From contig OY761158.1 of NCBI GenBank assembly GCA_963664405.1, positions 5,088,001 through 5,152,000 on the forward strand: a DNA stretch of 64,000 nucleotides, written 5' to 3'. Position numbers and translations under genes: made by a program. Below the pieces are notes generated by a model that worked only from the letters and a program-made list of their open reading frames with translations, was not told the DNA's origin and did no database searches. Shown piece by piece: positions 20,040 through 29,278 of the stretch (within the stretch, counting starts at the first letter, position 1; every line of letters starts with the position of its first letter). This DNA comes from Thermoanaerobaculia bacterium (GTDB taxonomy: Bacteria; Acidobacteriota; Thermoanaerobaculia; Multivoradales; Multivoraceae).

Positions 20040-21608
20040 TCAACTCCTGCGTTGCCTCGGCCGCTCTGCCTCGAGTTTTTCTGTATCCATCTCACTCAAG
20101 AGCGGTGCCAACTGCTCGATCAGAAGTTCTTCACGCACCTGCGCCAGTCCAGGATCGTTGGCTAGATTCCGCAATTCGCGCGGATCACGAGCGAGATCGT
20201 ACAACTCAACGACGTCTCGCGACGCGGCGTCGATAGCCATCTTGTACCGATCACCGCGGACCATCGAGTAGCCCGCCAATTCGCTGAAGACAGCCGCCCT
20301 ACCCTCCTGAGCGTCTAAGGCCCTCGGACCCGCGGTGACCCTGGGCACAAGCGAGCGGCCGGGGCTATCCGCGAGGGGCTCAGCTCCGGCGATATCGATC
20401 AGAGTGGCGGCAATGTCGAGGTGATCGATCTGTGCCTTCGTGTGCCAGCCTTGCACCCTCCTCGGCGGCCTGACAAGGCAGGGAACATTGAGCGCACCTT
20501 CATAGAATACCGACTTACCCTCCAGACGGTGATCGCCAAGCAGCTCCCCATGATCGGAGGTGTAGATGATCCAGGTGTCATCCATCAGCCCTTTCGCCTC
20601 GAGGGCCGCAATGACCTGGCCGATGCCATCATCGATAAGGGTGACCTTGCCATAGTAGTTGGCTCGCAAGACCTGAGCCCGCGCCTTGCCCATGCTCGTC
20701 AGCCCTCTGCCCAGTCTCGTCTGAGCCTCAACCAGTGGTGGCGTCGGTCCAACCGGCGCATCCATGATCGGCAGGGGCATGTCATCGGCGTCGTATTTGG
20801 CGCGGTACTCCGACGGTGAATCGAACGGCGGATGCGGGCCGACCGGGCACACCTGCAGATAGAAAGGCTTATCGCTCGAATAGTTTCTTATCCATTGAGC
20901 CGACTCACGCAAGATAAACATATCCAGATGATCTTCCGGCGGCATGAGGCTCGGAGGTGTTTCCCAACTACGCCCACGCCCCCCCAGCTGTTTGTCGCCG
21001 ACGCGTACGCCCCGGCCACCGGACTTGTAACCCGCATTGTGGTGGGCCAGGTTGAGCTCCAGTAAGCCTTTTTCTGCCAGATAGTCCGTGTAGGGCGACA
21101 TCGTCGTGTTGCCGCCGCCGGTCTCTATGGCTTCCATATAACCCCAGTCCTCGAGATCTGGAGTACCTAGACGGGTGTGGCCTCTCGCCCGGTGGAGGTG
21201 GGTCTTCCCGATGACGGCAGTGTGGTACCCCGCGTCGCGGACGTTGCGAATGTGGCTCGGGCCTTCGCGGTCAGCGAGAACTCCGTTGCGCCAGGCGCCG
21301 TGCACATTGACATACTGTCCGCTCGCCAGCGAGGACCGGGCAGGCATACATAACGGCGAGTTGCAGATGCACCGCTCGGCCACCATCGCCTCGCTCGCCA
21401 GTTTGTCCAGGTGCGGCGTGATGACCACGTCGTCGCCCATGAAACCGAGCGCATCCGCACGCTGTTGGTCGGGCATGATCAGAATGATATTGGGCTTGCT
21501 CGCTGCCCTTGGCGCCTCACTTGCCACGACGCTCTGTGGGAGCGCTGCTGCGGTACCGAGCCCCGCGGTCGCTTTCAGGAATTCCCGACGGTTTGGATTC
21601 CGGCCCAT
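20040..21608 (-). CDS. Tat-exported sulfatase (choline-sulfatase-like)
   Basis: NRREFLK twin-arginine signal; PDQQRAD, CMPARSS, GKTHL, PHPPF, TSDHGE. Confidence 0.9.
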   Translation of the reverse strand: MGRNPNRREFLKATAGLGTAAALPQSVVASEAPRAASKPNIILIMPDQQRADALGFMGDDVVITPHLDKLASEAMVAERCICNSPLCMPARSSLASGQYVNVHGAWRNGVLADREGPSHIRNVRDAGYHTAVIGKTHLHRARGHTRLGTPDLEDWGYMEAIETGGGNTTMSPYTDYLAEKGLLELNLAHHNAGYKSGGRGVRVGDKQLGGRGRSWETPPSLMPPEDHLDMFILRESAQWIRNYSSDKPFYLQVCPVGPHPPFDSPSEYRAKYDADDMPLPIMDAPVGPTPPLVEAQTRLGRGLTSMGKARAQVLRANYYGKVTLIDDGIGQVIAALEAKGLMDDTWIIYTSDHGELLGDHRLEGKSVFYEGALNVPCLVRPPRRVQGWHTKAQIDHLDIAATLIDIAGAEPLADSPGRSLVPRVTAGPRALDAQEGRAAVFSELAGYSMVRGDRYKMAIDAASRDVVELYDLARDPRELRNLANDPGLAQVREELLIEQLAPLLSEMDTEKLEAERPRQRRS

Positions 21609-21665
21609 GGAAATGCTCCGTAATCAGAAGGGAGTCGGAGTAAGGCGATTCGCCACCCGTCATTG

Positions 21666-21696
21666 GGTATTGTCACCAGGGACAGAAAGTGTGACC
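21666..21696 (-). promoter_or_regulatory. Putative ECF promoter, copy 2
   Basis: GGTATTGTCACCAGGGACAGAAAGTGTGACC, 57 nt upstream of the Tat sulfatase. Confidence 0.7.
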
Positions 21697-21722
21697 GACG
21701 CTAGGCGTGCTCGCCCCTCCAC

Positions 21723-22118
21723 TCAGAGAAGAGTGAAACCTTCGTCGTCGCGCAGGTCTCGATCGAAGGTGTAGACGGTGCGTGCTCCAGCTTCGCTGGC
21801 TCGAAGTCCAACGAGGTAGTCTGACAAATCCCCTTTGCCCGTCTGGTAGAGGCGCAGTGCGTTGGTTAGCCGCGCCCGGTCCTCGAAGGCGAAACGAGAA
21901 TCGGCTAGCAGGGCCTGTATCGCTTGAAGAATGCTCTGACGAGGAACCTTGTAGGCACTCTCGAGGACCCACTCGATCTCGACGACCACGAGGTCGCTGA
22001 TGAACGCGAGCTCTTCCTCCTCGGCGGCCTGGTTCAGCAGTGCTCGTAGGCGCCCTAGCTGAGCTTTGTCATCTTCGACGAGAACGCGCACCAAGACGTT
22101 GGTGTCGAGCGCAATCAT
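21723..22118 (-). CDS. vapC: VapC/PIN-domain toxin
   Basis: MIALDTNVLVR, VVVEIEWVL, DLSDYL, YTFD. Confidence 0.9.
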   Translation of the reverse strand: MIALDTNVLVRVLVEDDKAQLGRLRALLNQAAEEEELAFISDLVVVEIEWVLESAYKVPRQSILQAIQALLADSRFAFEDRARLTNALRLYQTGKGDLSDYLVGLRASEAGARTVYTFDRDLRDDEGFTLL

Positions 22119-22124
22119 CGCGGC

Positions 22125-22373
22125 TCATCGAGCCTTCTTCTCAGCTCGCTCGCGGACAGCCTGCTTCATCTCCTCGACCGTTACCGGTGAGGAGGGGGCA
22201 AACTCCCGAAGAAAGCCGGATGCATCACCTCCAGGACGGCGGTGGCGGACCAGAATACGGCCCGACTCGTCTACTACAAACTCCAAGATATCTCCCTCTA
22301 GCAATCCGAACCGCTCTCGAATCGCCTTGGGGACGGTTATTTGTCCCTTGGATGTGAGGGTTGATGTGGGCAA
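22125..22373 (-). CDS. AbrB/MazE-family antitoxin
   Basis: STLTSKGQITVPKAIRERFGLLEGD; TTG start after TAAGGA. Confidence 0.88.
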   Translation of the reverse strand: MPTSTLTSKGQITVPKAIRERFGLLEGDILEFVVDESGRILVRHRRPGGDASGFLREFAPSSPVTVEEMKQAVRERAEKKAR

Positions 22374-22378
22374 AAAAT

Positions 22379-22416
22379 TCCTTACCCGATAGACACTATC
22401 ACCGAGATAGTAAGGA
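22379..22416. promoter_or_regulatory. Inverted repeat, probable antitoxin operator
   Basis: TCCTTAC-N24-GTAAGGA immediately upstream of the AbrB gene. Confidence 0.45.
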
Positions 22417-22540
22417 GGGGGGGGCCGCCAACTCACCGTGACGGGAGCTGTGCCTTGGTGAATGAGTAGATGCGAGTCAGTGCTCTAGCCCGGGTTGATC
22501 CAGGACGATGGGTCGCCCTCAAGTTCTCCTTCATCGCACC

Positions 22541-22571
22541 AAGAAAAAGGGGAGGGCCTAGGCCCTCCCCT
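22541..22571 (-). terminator. Intrinsic terminator of the TonB receptor gene
   Basis: AGGGGAGGGCC-TA-GGCCCTCCCCT palindrome with a U tract on the - strand. Confidence 0.85.
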
Positions 22572-22595
22572 GAACTGCCGCTCCGTTGTGCTACC

Positions 22596-25370
22596 TCAGA
22601 AGCGAAGAGCTACGTTGAAACGGTACTCCTGCGGCCTCTGGTAGGCAATGTCGCCGCCACCTCTTCCGGTCGGGCGGCCCGTAACTGTGTTGACAAACAG
22701 CTGGGAATCACCGTCGAGCGCGTTGGCAAGCTCGGCTCCCAGCTGAATCTCGTACTTCCCTCGGATCGGCGGGAAGATCCAGCTGGCATTGAGATTGAGC
22801 TCCGTCGAGGTGTCGAGCTGCTGAGAGGCCTGGGGTTGGAGGTACTCCGAGACACGAATCCGTGCGTTCGTCAGCGGATGGCGAAGCGAGGCGGTCCGTG
22901 TCATCTGCCATAGTCGGCCCGTGCGAGCGCGGTAGTGGGCACCCGTATTCAGCGTGTGCTTGCCGATCTGCCAGCGCTTGATGCCGAGGAGATTGAAGAC
23001 CTCCGGAAACTCCGAATTGTTGGCGAACTGGCCAGGTTTATTGAGGGTGTTCACATTGTTACGCCCGCCTTCGAGGCCGCCGATGCCGGCCAGGTAAGCG
23101 GTCCCTTCGGTGCCCTTCGCCTCGCCTACATAGAGGTTGGAGATCAGCGTCCAGTTGTTGCGGAAGTTGCGGTTGAGCTCGAGGATGAAGCCTTCGTGCT
23201 CGCGCGTCAGGCCCGAGCGGGTGGGCACTCCGTGCAGAGCGGATTGCGCCGCCACCTCCCCCGCGGTCCAGTTGCGCACGTCCAAGAAGATATTACCGTC
23301 CGCGTCATACTGTCGGTTCGTTTCCCAGACATCGTCATTCTCGCTGGCGGTGAACATGACTTTGGCGACCCAGTTGCGGTGGAACTGCCAATCGACACCG
23401 ATCGTGTAGGCGTCCATGTACTCGGGGTCGAGAAGCCTCGTCGCCTCCCGACCGGCACTGGCAACGATGCTGCTGACCAAGATGTCATACTCTTGTGTCA
23501 CCGGATTCCAATCGAAGACCTGGCGGGTGTTGGTGCCATTCGAACCTTGGTCGAAGTCATCCGACAGGCCCATGTTGAAGAGATTGAGGTAGCGCCCGGC
23601 GGTACCGCGCACCAGCAGGTTGCCGTCACCCTTGACGTCGTACACCACACTCAGCCGAGGCGCCAGCTCATCGTAGTCGTTGACCTGTTCCCCGAGGTTG
23701 TTGTCCATCGACTGACCCTCGAGACGCAGTCCCGCGGTAATGACCCATTTGTCTCCGATGTCGATGCGGTCCTGGACGAAGAGAGTGTTGAGCTCGCTCT
23801 CGCGGCTGAACAAGCCCCCATCCGGCGGCGCGTAGATCGTCGTGTCTCCGGGTGTCACAAAGCCGCCAGGCAAGTCATAGCCGAAGCCAAACCCGCGGAA
23901 CTCCTGCTCGGGCCAGTTTCGGGTATCGAGGCCCAATATGTGGCGCTCGGCGCCGACCCTGAGCTCGTGGCTGCCCAGAAAGATCGTCCCGTAGGCATTG
24001 AACTGCTCGCGGGGACCGTCCGTGAAGCGACCGGTTGTACCACCAACAGTGCAGCCGTTGAAAAAGAGGTCGGTGCCGTCGTCGAAATAGCGAAAGTTGT
24101 TGCTATCCGGGGTATTCGACGGTGCGCTGCTGTCGATCGACTTGGGATTGATGCAGTTGTCGTTGCGAACATCTTCGCTGTCGGCAGCCCGGAACTCCAG
24201 AAAGACTTTCGGGCTCACCGCCCAGTTCCACGACGCCGTATTCAACTCGGCCGTCTCCTGCCGCCCATTGAGAGTGTAAATGTCCCCCGTTCGGTTGCCC
24301 CCCCCGACGCGGAAGGCCGGCGTGCGAAGGTAGGTCGCAGCGATCTGATGCGCGTCGCCAGGCTGAAAGTTGACCTTGGCGAGCGTCGACTCGCCCTCGT
24401 AGCTCCAATCGAAAACAGGGTCCGAGATGACATCCGGATTGGAATTGCCGCTGGCCCCGCGGATCCTGTTGTCGGACAGGGCAGAGTGGGCGACGAAGAA
24501 CCACGCACGATCCTTGTAGATCGGGCCGCCGAGAGCGGTCTCGTAGTTGTTGATAATTTTATCGGGACCATTGAGATCGGGAAATTCTCGGAACTCACCG
24601 ACCCACGCCTGGTTCTGGGCGACATAGTAGAAGTCGCCGTGGAACTGATTGGTGCCCGACTTGATCACCGTATTGACGCTCGAAGTCTGGGTGCGCCCGT
24701 ACTCGGCGCCGCGCCCCTGGGTCTGCACCTCGGTCGAGGCGACCTGAGTCGTCGCCATTCTGAACTTGTACACCCCGTAGTTGGAGGTGACCTGACTGAC
24801 ATCGACGCCGTCGATGTTCACCGTGCCGCCGTCTCGAGGCCCACCCATGAAGCTGTTGAGCCAATCTTGCTGCTTGGAGCCGGAATTGCCAGGCAGAACC
24901 GCCAAGCTATTGACGTAATGACGGGAGATGAACGTCGTCAACTCCGCCACCTCTGCATCGATCCTTGCCACCGCCCCGGGCTCGTACTTGTTGATCATCG
25001 GCGCTTCGGAGGTGACGGTGATCTGCTCCGCGGTCCCACCGCCAAGGGTGAGGTTGACACCACGGCGCTGACCGGGGGACAGATTCAGCGAAGTCTCGGC
25101 TTCACCCAGCCCCTCCAGCTCGGCGTTGACGGTGTAGGCCCCATCTATCAGTAGGGTAAAGCGATACTTCCCGTCGGCATCGGAGCGCTCGGTTTTCTCG
25201 CCCTGCGGTCCCACCAAATTCACGGTGGCGCCGGGCAGGGCATCGCCCTGGGCGTCGATCACGCGGCCGTCGATGGTTCCGGTCCCCGGACCGTCCGCCC
25301 ATAGCGGCATGTTCACGCAGACGAGGATGGCGAAAAGCCAAATACTGGATCTGAGGGTGTTCCTATGCAT
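22596..25370 (-). CDS. TonB-dependent receptor with N-terminal carboxypeptidase-regulatory-like domain
   Basis: GTIDGRVIDAQGDALPGATV, AEYGR, KSGTNQFHG, LGGPIYKDRAWFF, FVQD, APRLSVVYD, C-terminal Phe. Confidence 0.9.
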   Translation of the reverse strand: MHRNTLRSSIWLFAILVCVNMPLWADGPGTGTIDGRVIDAQGDALPGATVNLVGPQGEKTERSDADGKYRFTLLIDGAYTVNAELEGLGEAETSLNLSPGQRRGVNLTLGGGTAEQITVTSEAPMINKYEPGAVARIDAEVAELTTFISRHYVNSLAVLPGNSGSKQQDWLNSFMGGPRDGGTVNIDGVDVSQVTSNYGVYKFRMATTQVASTEVQTQGRGAEYGRTQTSSVNTVIKSGTNQFHGDFYYVAQNQAWVGEFREFPDLNGPDKIINNYETALGGPIYKDRAWFFVAHSALSDNRIRGASGNSNPDVISDPVFDWSYEGESTLAKVNFQPGDAHQIAATYLRTPAFRVGGGNRTGDIYTLNGRQETAELNTASWNWAVSPKVFLEFRAADSEDVRNDNCINPKSIDSSAPSNTPDSNNFRYFDDGTDLFFNGCTVGGTTGRFTDGPREQFNAYGTIFLGSHELRVGAERHILGLDTRNWPEQEFRGFGFGYDLPGGFVTPGDTTIYAPPDGGLFSRESELNTLFVQDRIDIGDKWVITAGLRLEGQSMDNNLGEQVNDYDELAPRLSVVYDVKGDGNLLVRGTAGRYLNLFNMGLSDDFDQGSNGTNTRQVFDWNPVTQEYDILVSSIVASAGREATRLLDPEYMDAYTIGVDWQFHRNWVAKVMFTASENDDVWETNRQYDADGNIFLDVRNWTAGEVAAQSALHGVPTRSGLTREHEGFILELNRNFRNNWTLISNLYVGEAKGTEGTAYLAGIGGLEGGRNNVNTLNKPGQFANNSEFPEVFNLLGIKRWQIGKHTLNTGAHYRARTGRLWQMTRTASLRHPLTNARIRVSEYLQPQASQQLDTSTELNLNASWIFPPIRGKYEIQLGAELANALDGDSQLFVNTVTGRPTGRGGGDIAYQRPQEYRFNVALRF

Positions 25371-25645
25371 GTGTTACTTCTCCCGGATTCTCGACCCCGG
25401 AACAAGGTCTACGTCGAGCCTCACTGGCAAGCCGGCCGCAGCCTTGGCTTCGAAGTCAGTTTACGACAGCTGCCTCACTTCCTTGCAAAATCTATTCCTT
25501 AACAACATACGGTATACCGTGCCCTCATCAGGCTCCCTGAACACACTATGTTGTGGTTCGAGATTGAAACCATGGAACACAATATTGAACAATATTCATT
25601 GAGTTGAACCGACTCCGATCGCCGTATGCACTAACCCCTTTGCTA

Positions 25646-25676
25646 GGTATTGTCACGTGGAGCTCAAAGTGTGACA
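25646..25676 (-). promoter_or_regulatory. Putative ECF promoter, copy 3
   Basis: GGTATTGTCACGTGGAGCTCAAAGTGTGACA, 275 nt upstream of the TonB receptor. Confidence 0.68.
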
Positions 25677-25840
25677 TGCCCGTGCATTCCGACTGACGCG
25701 CGGGAGGAAGGCTGCAAGCAGAATTCTGCACGAACACCTGCGAGCGCGTCCTGAAACGACTGTGGTTCTTTCGGGGGAGTTCTTTGCAACACCTGGATTG
25801 AACTGTTCCATTCATGGGGTTTTGTTAAACTCTGTGAACT

Positions 25841-27616
25841 TTGCCCCCAACGTCTCGGACTCCTCGACGCCGGTCTTACAGCTTCGGCCCCTTTTCGCTG
25901 GATACCGCGGAGCGCTTGTTACGGCGTGAGGGACGCCCTCTTCCACTTCAATCGAAAGTCTTCGACACCCTGCTGGCCTTCGTCGAGAACACCGGTCGCC
26001 TGCTCGAGAAAGAGGAGCTGATGAGCCTGGTCTGGCCCCACTCGTCGGTCGAGCAGGGCAACCTCACCCACAACGTCTCGATCGTGCGCAAGACCCTTGG
26101 CGAAGCGGCCGGCGCCGCCCCCTACATCGTTACCGTCCCCGGCAAGGGGTACCGCTTCGCGGCGACCGTCGAGATCCAGATGGAGGCGTCGATCGCGGTG
26201 CTTCCCTTCGTCAACATGAGCCCGGAGCCGGCGCAGGATTTCTTCTGCGATGGAATGACCGAGGAGCTGATCAACGTGCTGACGCACGTCGAAGGACTGC
26301 GGGTCATCGGCCGAGCTTCTTCCTTCGAGCTCAGAGACAACGTCCTGGAAGCCTTGGAGGTGGGAGAGAAGCTCGGCGTGTCGGTCTTCTTGGAGGGCAG
26401 CGTTCGCAAAGCGGGCAACCGTGTGCGGGTCACCGCGCAGCTGGTCCGGACCTCGGACGGCGTGCACATCTGGTCGGAGCACTACGATCGGGATCTCGCC
26501 GATGTCTTCGACATCCAGGACGAGATCGCCCAGGCGATTGTCGGGCAGGTGCAGAAGAAGATGCTGACCCCGCCCGCTGTGCCCTTGGTGAAAAAGCTCA
26601 CCGACAATCAAGAGGTCTACAACCTCTACCTGGAAGCTCGGCACCACTGTTCAGACGAGTCCCGCGCCGGCATGGAACGGGCGATCGGGCTCCTCGACCG
26701 TGCGATCGAGCTGCAGCCGGACTTTGCAGCCGGCCATGCCCTGCTGGCGCTGATCTACACCAATCAGACGGTCTACGGGTTCGCGCCCGTCACCGAGACC
26801 CTCCCCAAGGCGGAGGAGGCGGTCGGCCGCGCCCTCGAGCTCGACGAGACTCTCTCCGATCCCCACCGCATTCTCGGGGTCATCCGCTCCACCTTCTACT
26901 GGGATTGGCTGGAGGCGAAGAGAGCGATCGAGCGCGCGGCGCAGCTCGACCCCGGCTCGTCCAGGGTGTCCCTGGCCCTCGCGAGTAACTTCCTGGCCCC
27001 GGTCGGCCGCCTCGACGAGGCCGAGCAGGCGATGAAGACAGCGGTCGATCTGGACCCGCGCTCGCCGATCATGAACCGAGTTCTGGGGCAGGTTCTTTTC
27101 TGGTCGCGTCAATACGATTCGGCTGTTGTCCAGCTTCGCCACACCCTCGAGCTCGACCCAGACCTCCCGATGGCGCGCACTCTGGTCGCTGCCACCTACA
27201 CCGCGATGGGCCGACCCGATGACGCGCTTCGAGAGCGGCTGCTTCACCTCGAGAGCGTGGGTCGGCAGGAAGAGGCGGACGAGCTGGGGCGCATCTATGA
27301 GACCGGCGGCGAGGAGGCCGTGCTCCGCTGGCTGGCCAAAAGACAGCTCCCGCGGGTCGAGGCGGGAAAGAGTCACCCCTTCAGCTTGGCGCTCCTCTAC
27401 TCCCAGCTCGACGAAAAGGGGGACGGTCTGCGCTGGTTGGAGAGGGCGGTCGACAGCAAAGGCGGGTTCGTTCGCTTCGCCAAGGTCCACCCCTGGCTCG
27501 ACAACCTACGCGAGGAGCCCCGCTTCAAAGCGCTTCTCGAGCGCATGGGAGTCAACGACCCCAGAGTGGCGACGCCAGGGGTGGTGGCGGCGCCGGGGGT
27601 GGTGGCGGCCTCGTAG
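25841..27616 (+). CDS. CadC/OmpR-type winged-helix regulator with TolB-N-like and TPR domains
   Basis: FGPFSLD..LLEKEELMSLVW..NLTHNVSIVRKTL..TVPGKGYRF; SIAVLPFVNMS..FCDGMTEELI; TPR helices. Confidence 0.88.
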   Translation: MPPTSRTPRRRSYSFGPFSLDTAERLLRREGRPLPLQSKVFDTLLAFVENTGRLLEKEELMSLVWPHSSVEQGNLTHNVSIVRKTLGEAAGAAPYIVTVPGKGYRFAATVEIQMEASIAVLPFVNMSPEPAQDFFCDGMTEELINVLTHVEGLRVIGRASSFELRDNVLEALEVGEKLGVSVFLEGSVRKAGNRVRVTAQLVRTSDGVHIWSEHYDRDLADVFDIQDEIAQAIVGQVQKKMLTPPAVPLVKKLTDNQEVYNLYLEARHHCSDESRAGMERAIGLLDRAIELQPDFAAGHALLALIYTNQTVYGFAPVTETLPKAEEAVGRALELDETLSDPHRILGVIRSTFYWDWLEAKRAIERAAQLDPGSSRVSLALASNFLAPVGRLDEAEQAMKTAVDLDPRSPIMNRVLGQVLFWSRQYDSAVVQLRHTLELDPDLPMARTLVAATYTAMGRPDDALRERLLHLESVGRQEEADELGRIYETGGEEAVLRWLAKRQLPRVEAGKSHPFSLALLYSQLDEKGDGLRWLERAVDSKGGFVRFAKVHPWLDNLREEPRFKALLERMGVNDPRVATPGVVAAPGVVAAS

Positions 27617-27766
27617 CTGCACCCTTAGGAGCGTGTCCGAGAATTCGTCCTGAGCCGCTTCCCGGAGGGAATAGGAAGCAAGGCCCAAGTGCGCCGTCCT
27701 CGGCGCCAAAAGACAACTAGGTGGGGCGCGCCTAGCGGAGGAAATGATAGCAATCATTTCTGGAGC

Positions 27767-28333
27767 CTAGTCCGTGGCGCCGGCTCGCAGTGCCAAGCTC
27801 CACTCATCGGCCAATCGCAGCCTTGCGACCCAGCCGGCGATGTAGTCGACGTCGATGTGGGCGGCTGAGACCCGCAGGACCCCGGCGATGTCTCGGATGT
27901 GCTTCTCCGATCCGCCCTCTCGGTAGTACTCGAGCTTCTTCAGGATGACGTCTTCGGGGGTTGCGAAGCAGACGGACGGGCCGTCCCCGAGTTCGAGTCG
28001 CATCGCGCGCTCGAAACGGCTCACATTGAAGGGAGAGTCGTCGGTCACCATGAAGTCGACCTTCAGCCCGGAGGCCGGATGAATGAGATTGAAGCTCGAG
28101 TGATCTCGAACCGCGCGCGCTGCGGACTCGGTCGACACGTAAAAGTCAGGAGACGGAAACGCCTCGCAGAGCGCTTCTGACTCGGTGACGTCGAGGCGAA
28201 CGGCGATATCGATGTCGTTGGTGAAGCGTGGCTCGCCGTAGGTGATCGTTGCGGTCGAGCCAGTCACGAAGTGAACGATGCCGAGACCGTCGAGAGTCGC
28301 GGCTACGAGCCGAAGAAGCTCACCAGGATCCAT
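27767..28333 (-). CDS. Pol-beta-like nucleotidyltransferase (DUF6036-like)
   Basis: TGS..YGEPRFTNDIDI (GS...DxD), KVDF, PEDVILKKL, KHIRDI. Confidence 0.75.
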   Translation of the reverse strand: MDPGELLRLVAATLDGLGIVHFVTGSTATITYGEPRFTNDIDIAVRLDVTESEALCEAFPSPDFYVSTESAARAVRDHSSFNLIHPASGLKVDFMVTDDSPFNVSRFERAMRLELGDGPSVCFATPEDVILKKLEYYREGGSEKHIRDIAGVLRVSAAHIDVDYIAGWVARLRLADEWSLALRAGATD

Positions 28334-28562
28334 CTGCCATTCGCCGAGCAACCTCGCGCGACCGTTGCTCCTCGGTCCAGTCCGGATGAGTCTGCTTCAG
28401 CCGAGCCTGAAGAAGATCCTCGGCGAAGTGCCACAGCTCGTTCGAGATCTCGAGGCGTTCGGCGGGGGACTTCCCTTGCAGGACGGTCACCATCTCAGGC
28501 GCCACGACCTCGAACCTCGCCGGGCCCGGTCTGGCCTCAGTCTCTTTCGAGCCGGTTTCCAT
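28320..28562 (-). CDS. Small helical partner protein of the nucleotidyltransferase
   Basis: KSPAERLEI..RLKQTHPDWTEEQ..EVARR; overlaps the NTase start. Confidence 0.7.
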   Translation of the reverse strand: METGSKETEARPGPARFEVVAPEMVTVLQGKSPAERLEISNELWHFAEDLLQARLKQTHPDWTEEQRSREVARRMADGSW

Positions 28563-28675
28563 ACTTCGGAGCATATCGGCTCCCTGGGCCAGACTACCAT
28601 CGGAGGCCTGCCGACCGGCCGCTCGCTAGCGCGCTAGACTAACGAGAAGCGCCAAGCCCCGAGAAGGGGTAGCCG

Positions 28676-29278
28676 ATGTCATCGAGACCCATACTCCTTC
28701 TGGCCTTCGGCCTGTCGATGTTCTCCTCCCTCGTCTACGAGGTGGCCTGGTCTCGGTCGCTCTCTCTGGTCTTCGGCACCACGATCTACGCCTTTTCTGC
28801 GGTTCTGACCGCGTTCATGGCGGGCCTCGCGCTCGGCGCGTACTTCTTCGGGAAGGTCGCCGACCACGCAAGCAAGCCCCGCCTTCTCTTCGCCAGGCTC
28901 GAGCTCGTCCTCGCTGCCTGTGCGCTTCTTCTCATCCCCCTCTTCAAGCTCACCTACCAGATCCGTCTGGCTCTTTTCAGTCAGCTCCAGGGTTCTTCGA
29001 CGATGGTGTTCATCATGTTCCTCATCGTCTTTGTGCTGCTCATCATCCCCACCGGAATCATCGGCGCCACCTTCCCGCTGATGAGCAAGATCTACTCCGA
29101 GCGCTTCGACACCGATATCTCGGATGTGTATGCGGTCGACACCCTCTGCGGCGGAGCCGGCGCCCTGTTTGCGGGATTCTTGTTCCTGCCCTACCTGGGC
29201 CTGTGGCAGACGATCGTCCTCGCCGCCGTCTTGAATCTCATGGTCGGCGCTCTCCTCTACGCGAGGCGCGAGCGATGA
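28676..29278 (+). CDS. Stand-alone membrane module of the fused MFS/spermidine-synthase-like family
   Basis: LVYEVAWSR, FMAGLALG, GATFPL, YAVDTLCG; about 6 TM segments. Confidence 0.8.
   Translation: MSSRPILLLAFGLSMFSSLVYEVAWSRSLSLVFGTTIYAFSAVLTAFMAGLALGAYFFGKVADHASKPRLLFARLELVLAACALLLIPLFKLTYQIRLALFSQLQGSSTMVFIMFLIVFVLLIIPTGIIGATFPLMSKIYSERFDTDISDVYAVDTLCGGAGALFAGFLFLPYLGLWQTIVLAAVLNLMVGALLYARRER

Noticed and set aside
25371-25640. AT-rich long leader of the TonB receptor as a riboswitch
   Set aside because: No cobalamin, TPP or other riboswitch consensus recognised; only AATATT repeats
27567-27611. 18-bp imperfect tandem repeat (VATPGV VAAPGV VAAS)
   Set aside because: Short slippage repeat at a C-terminus; no spacers, not CRISPR
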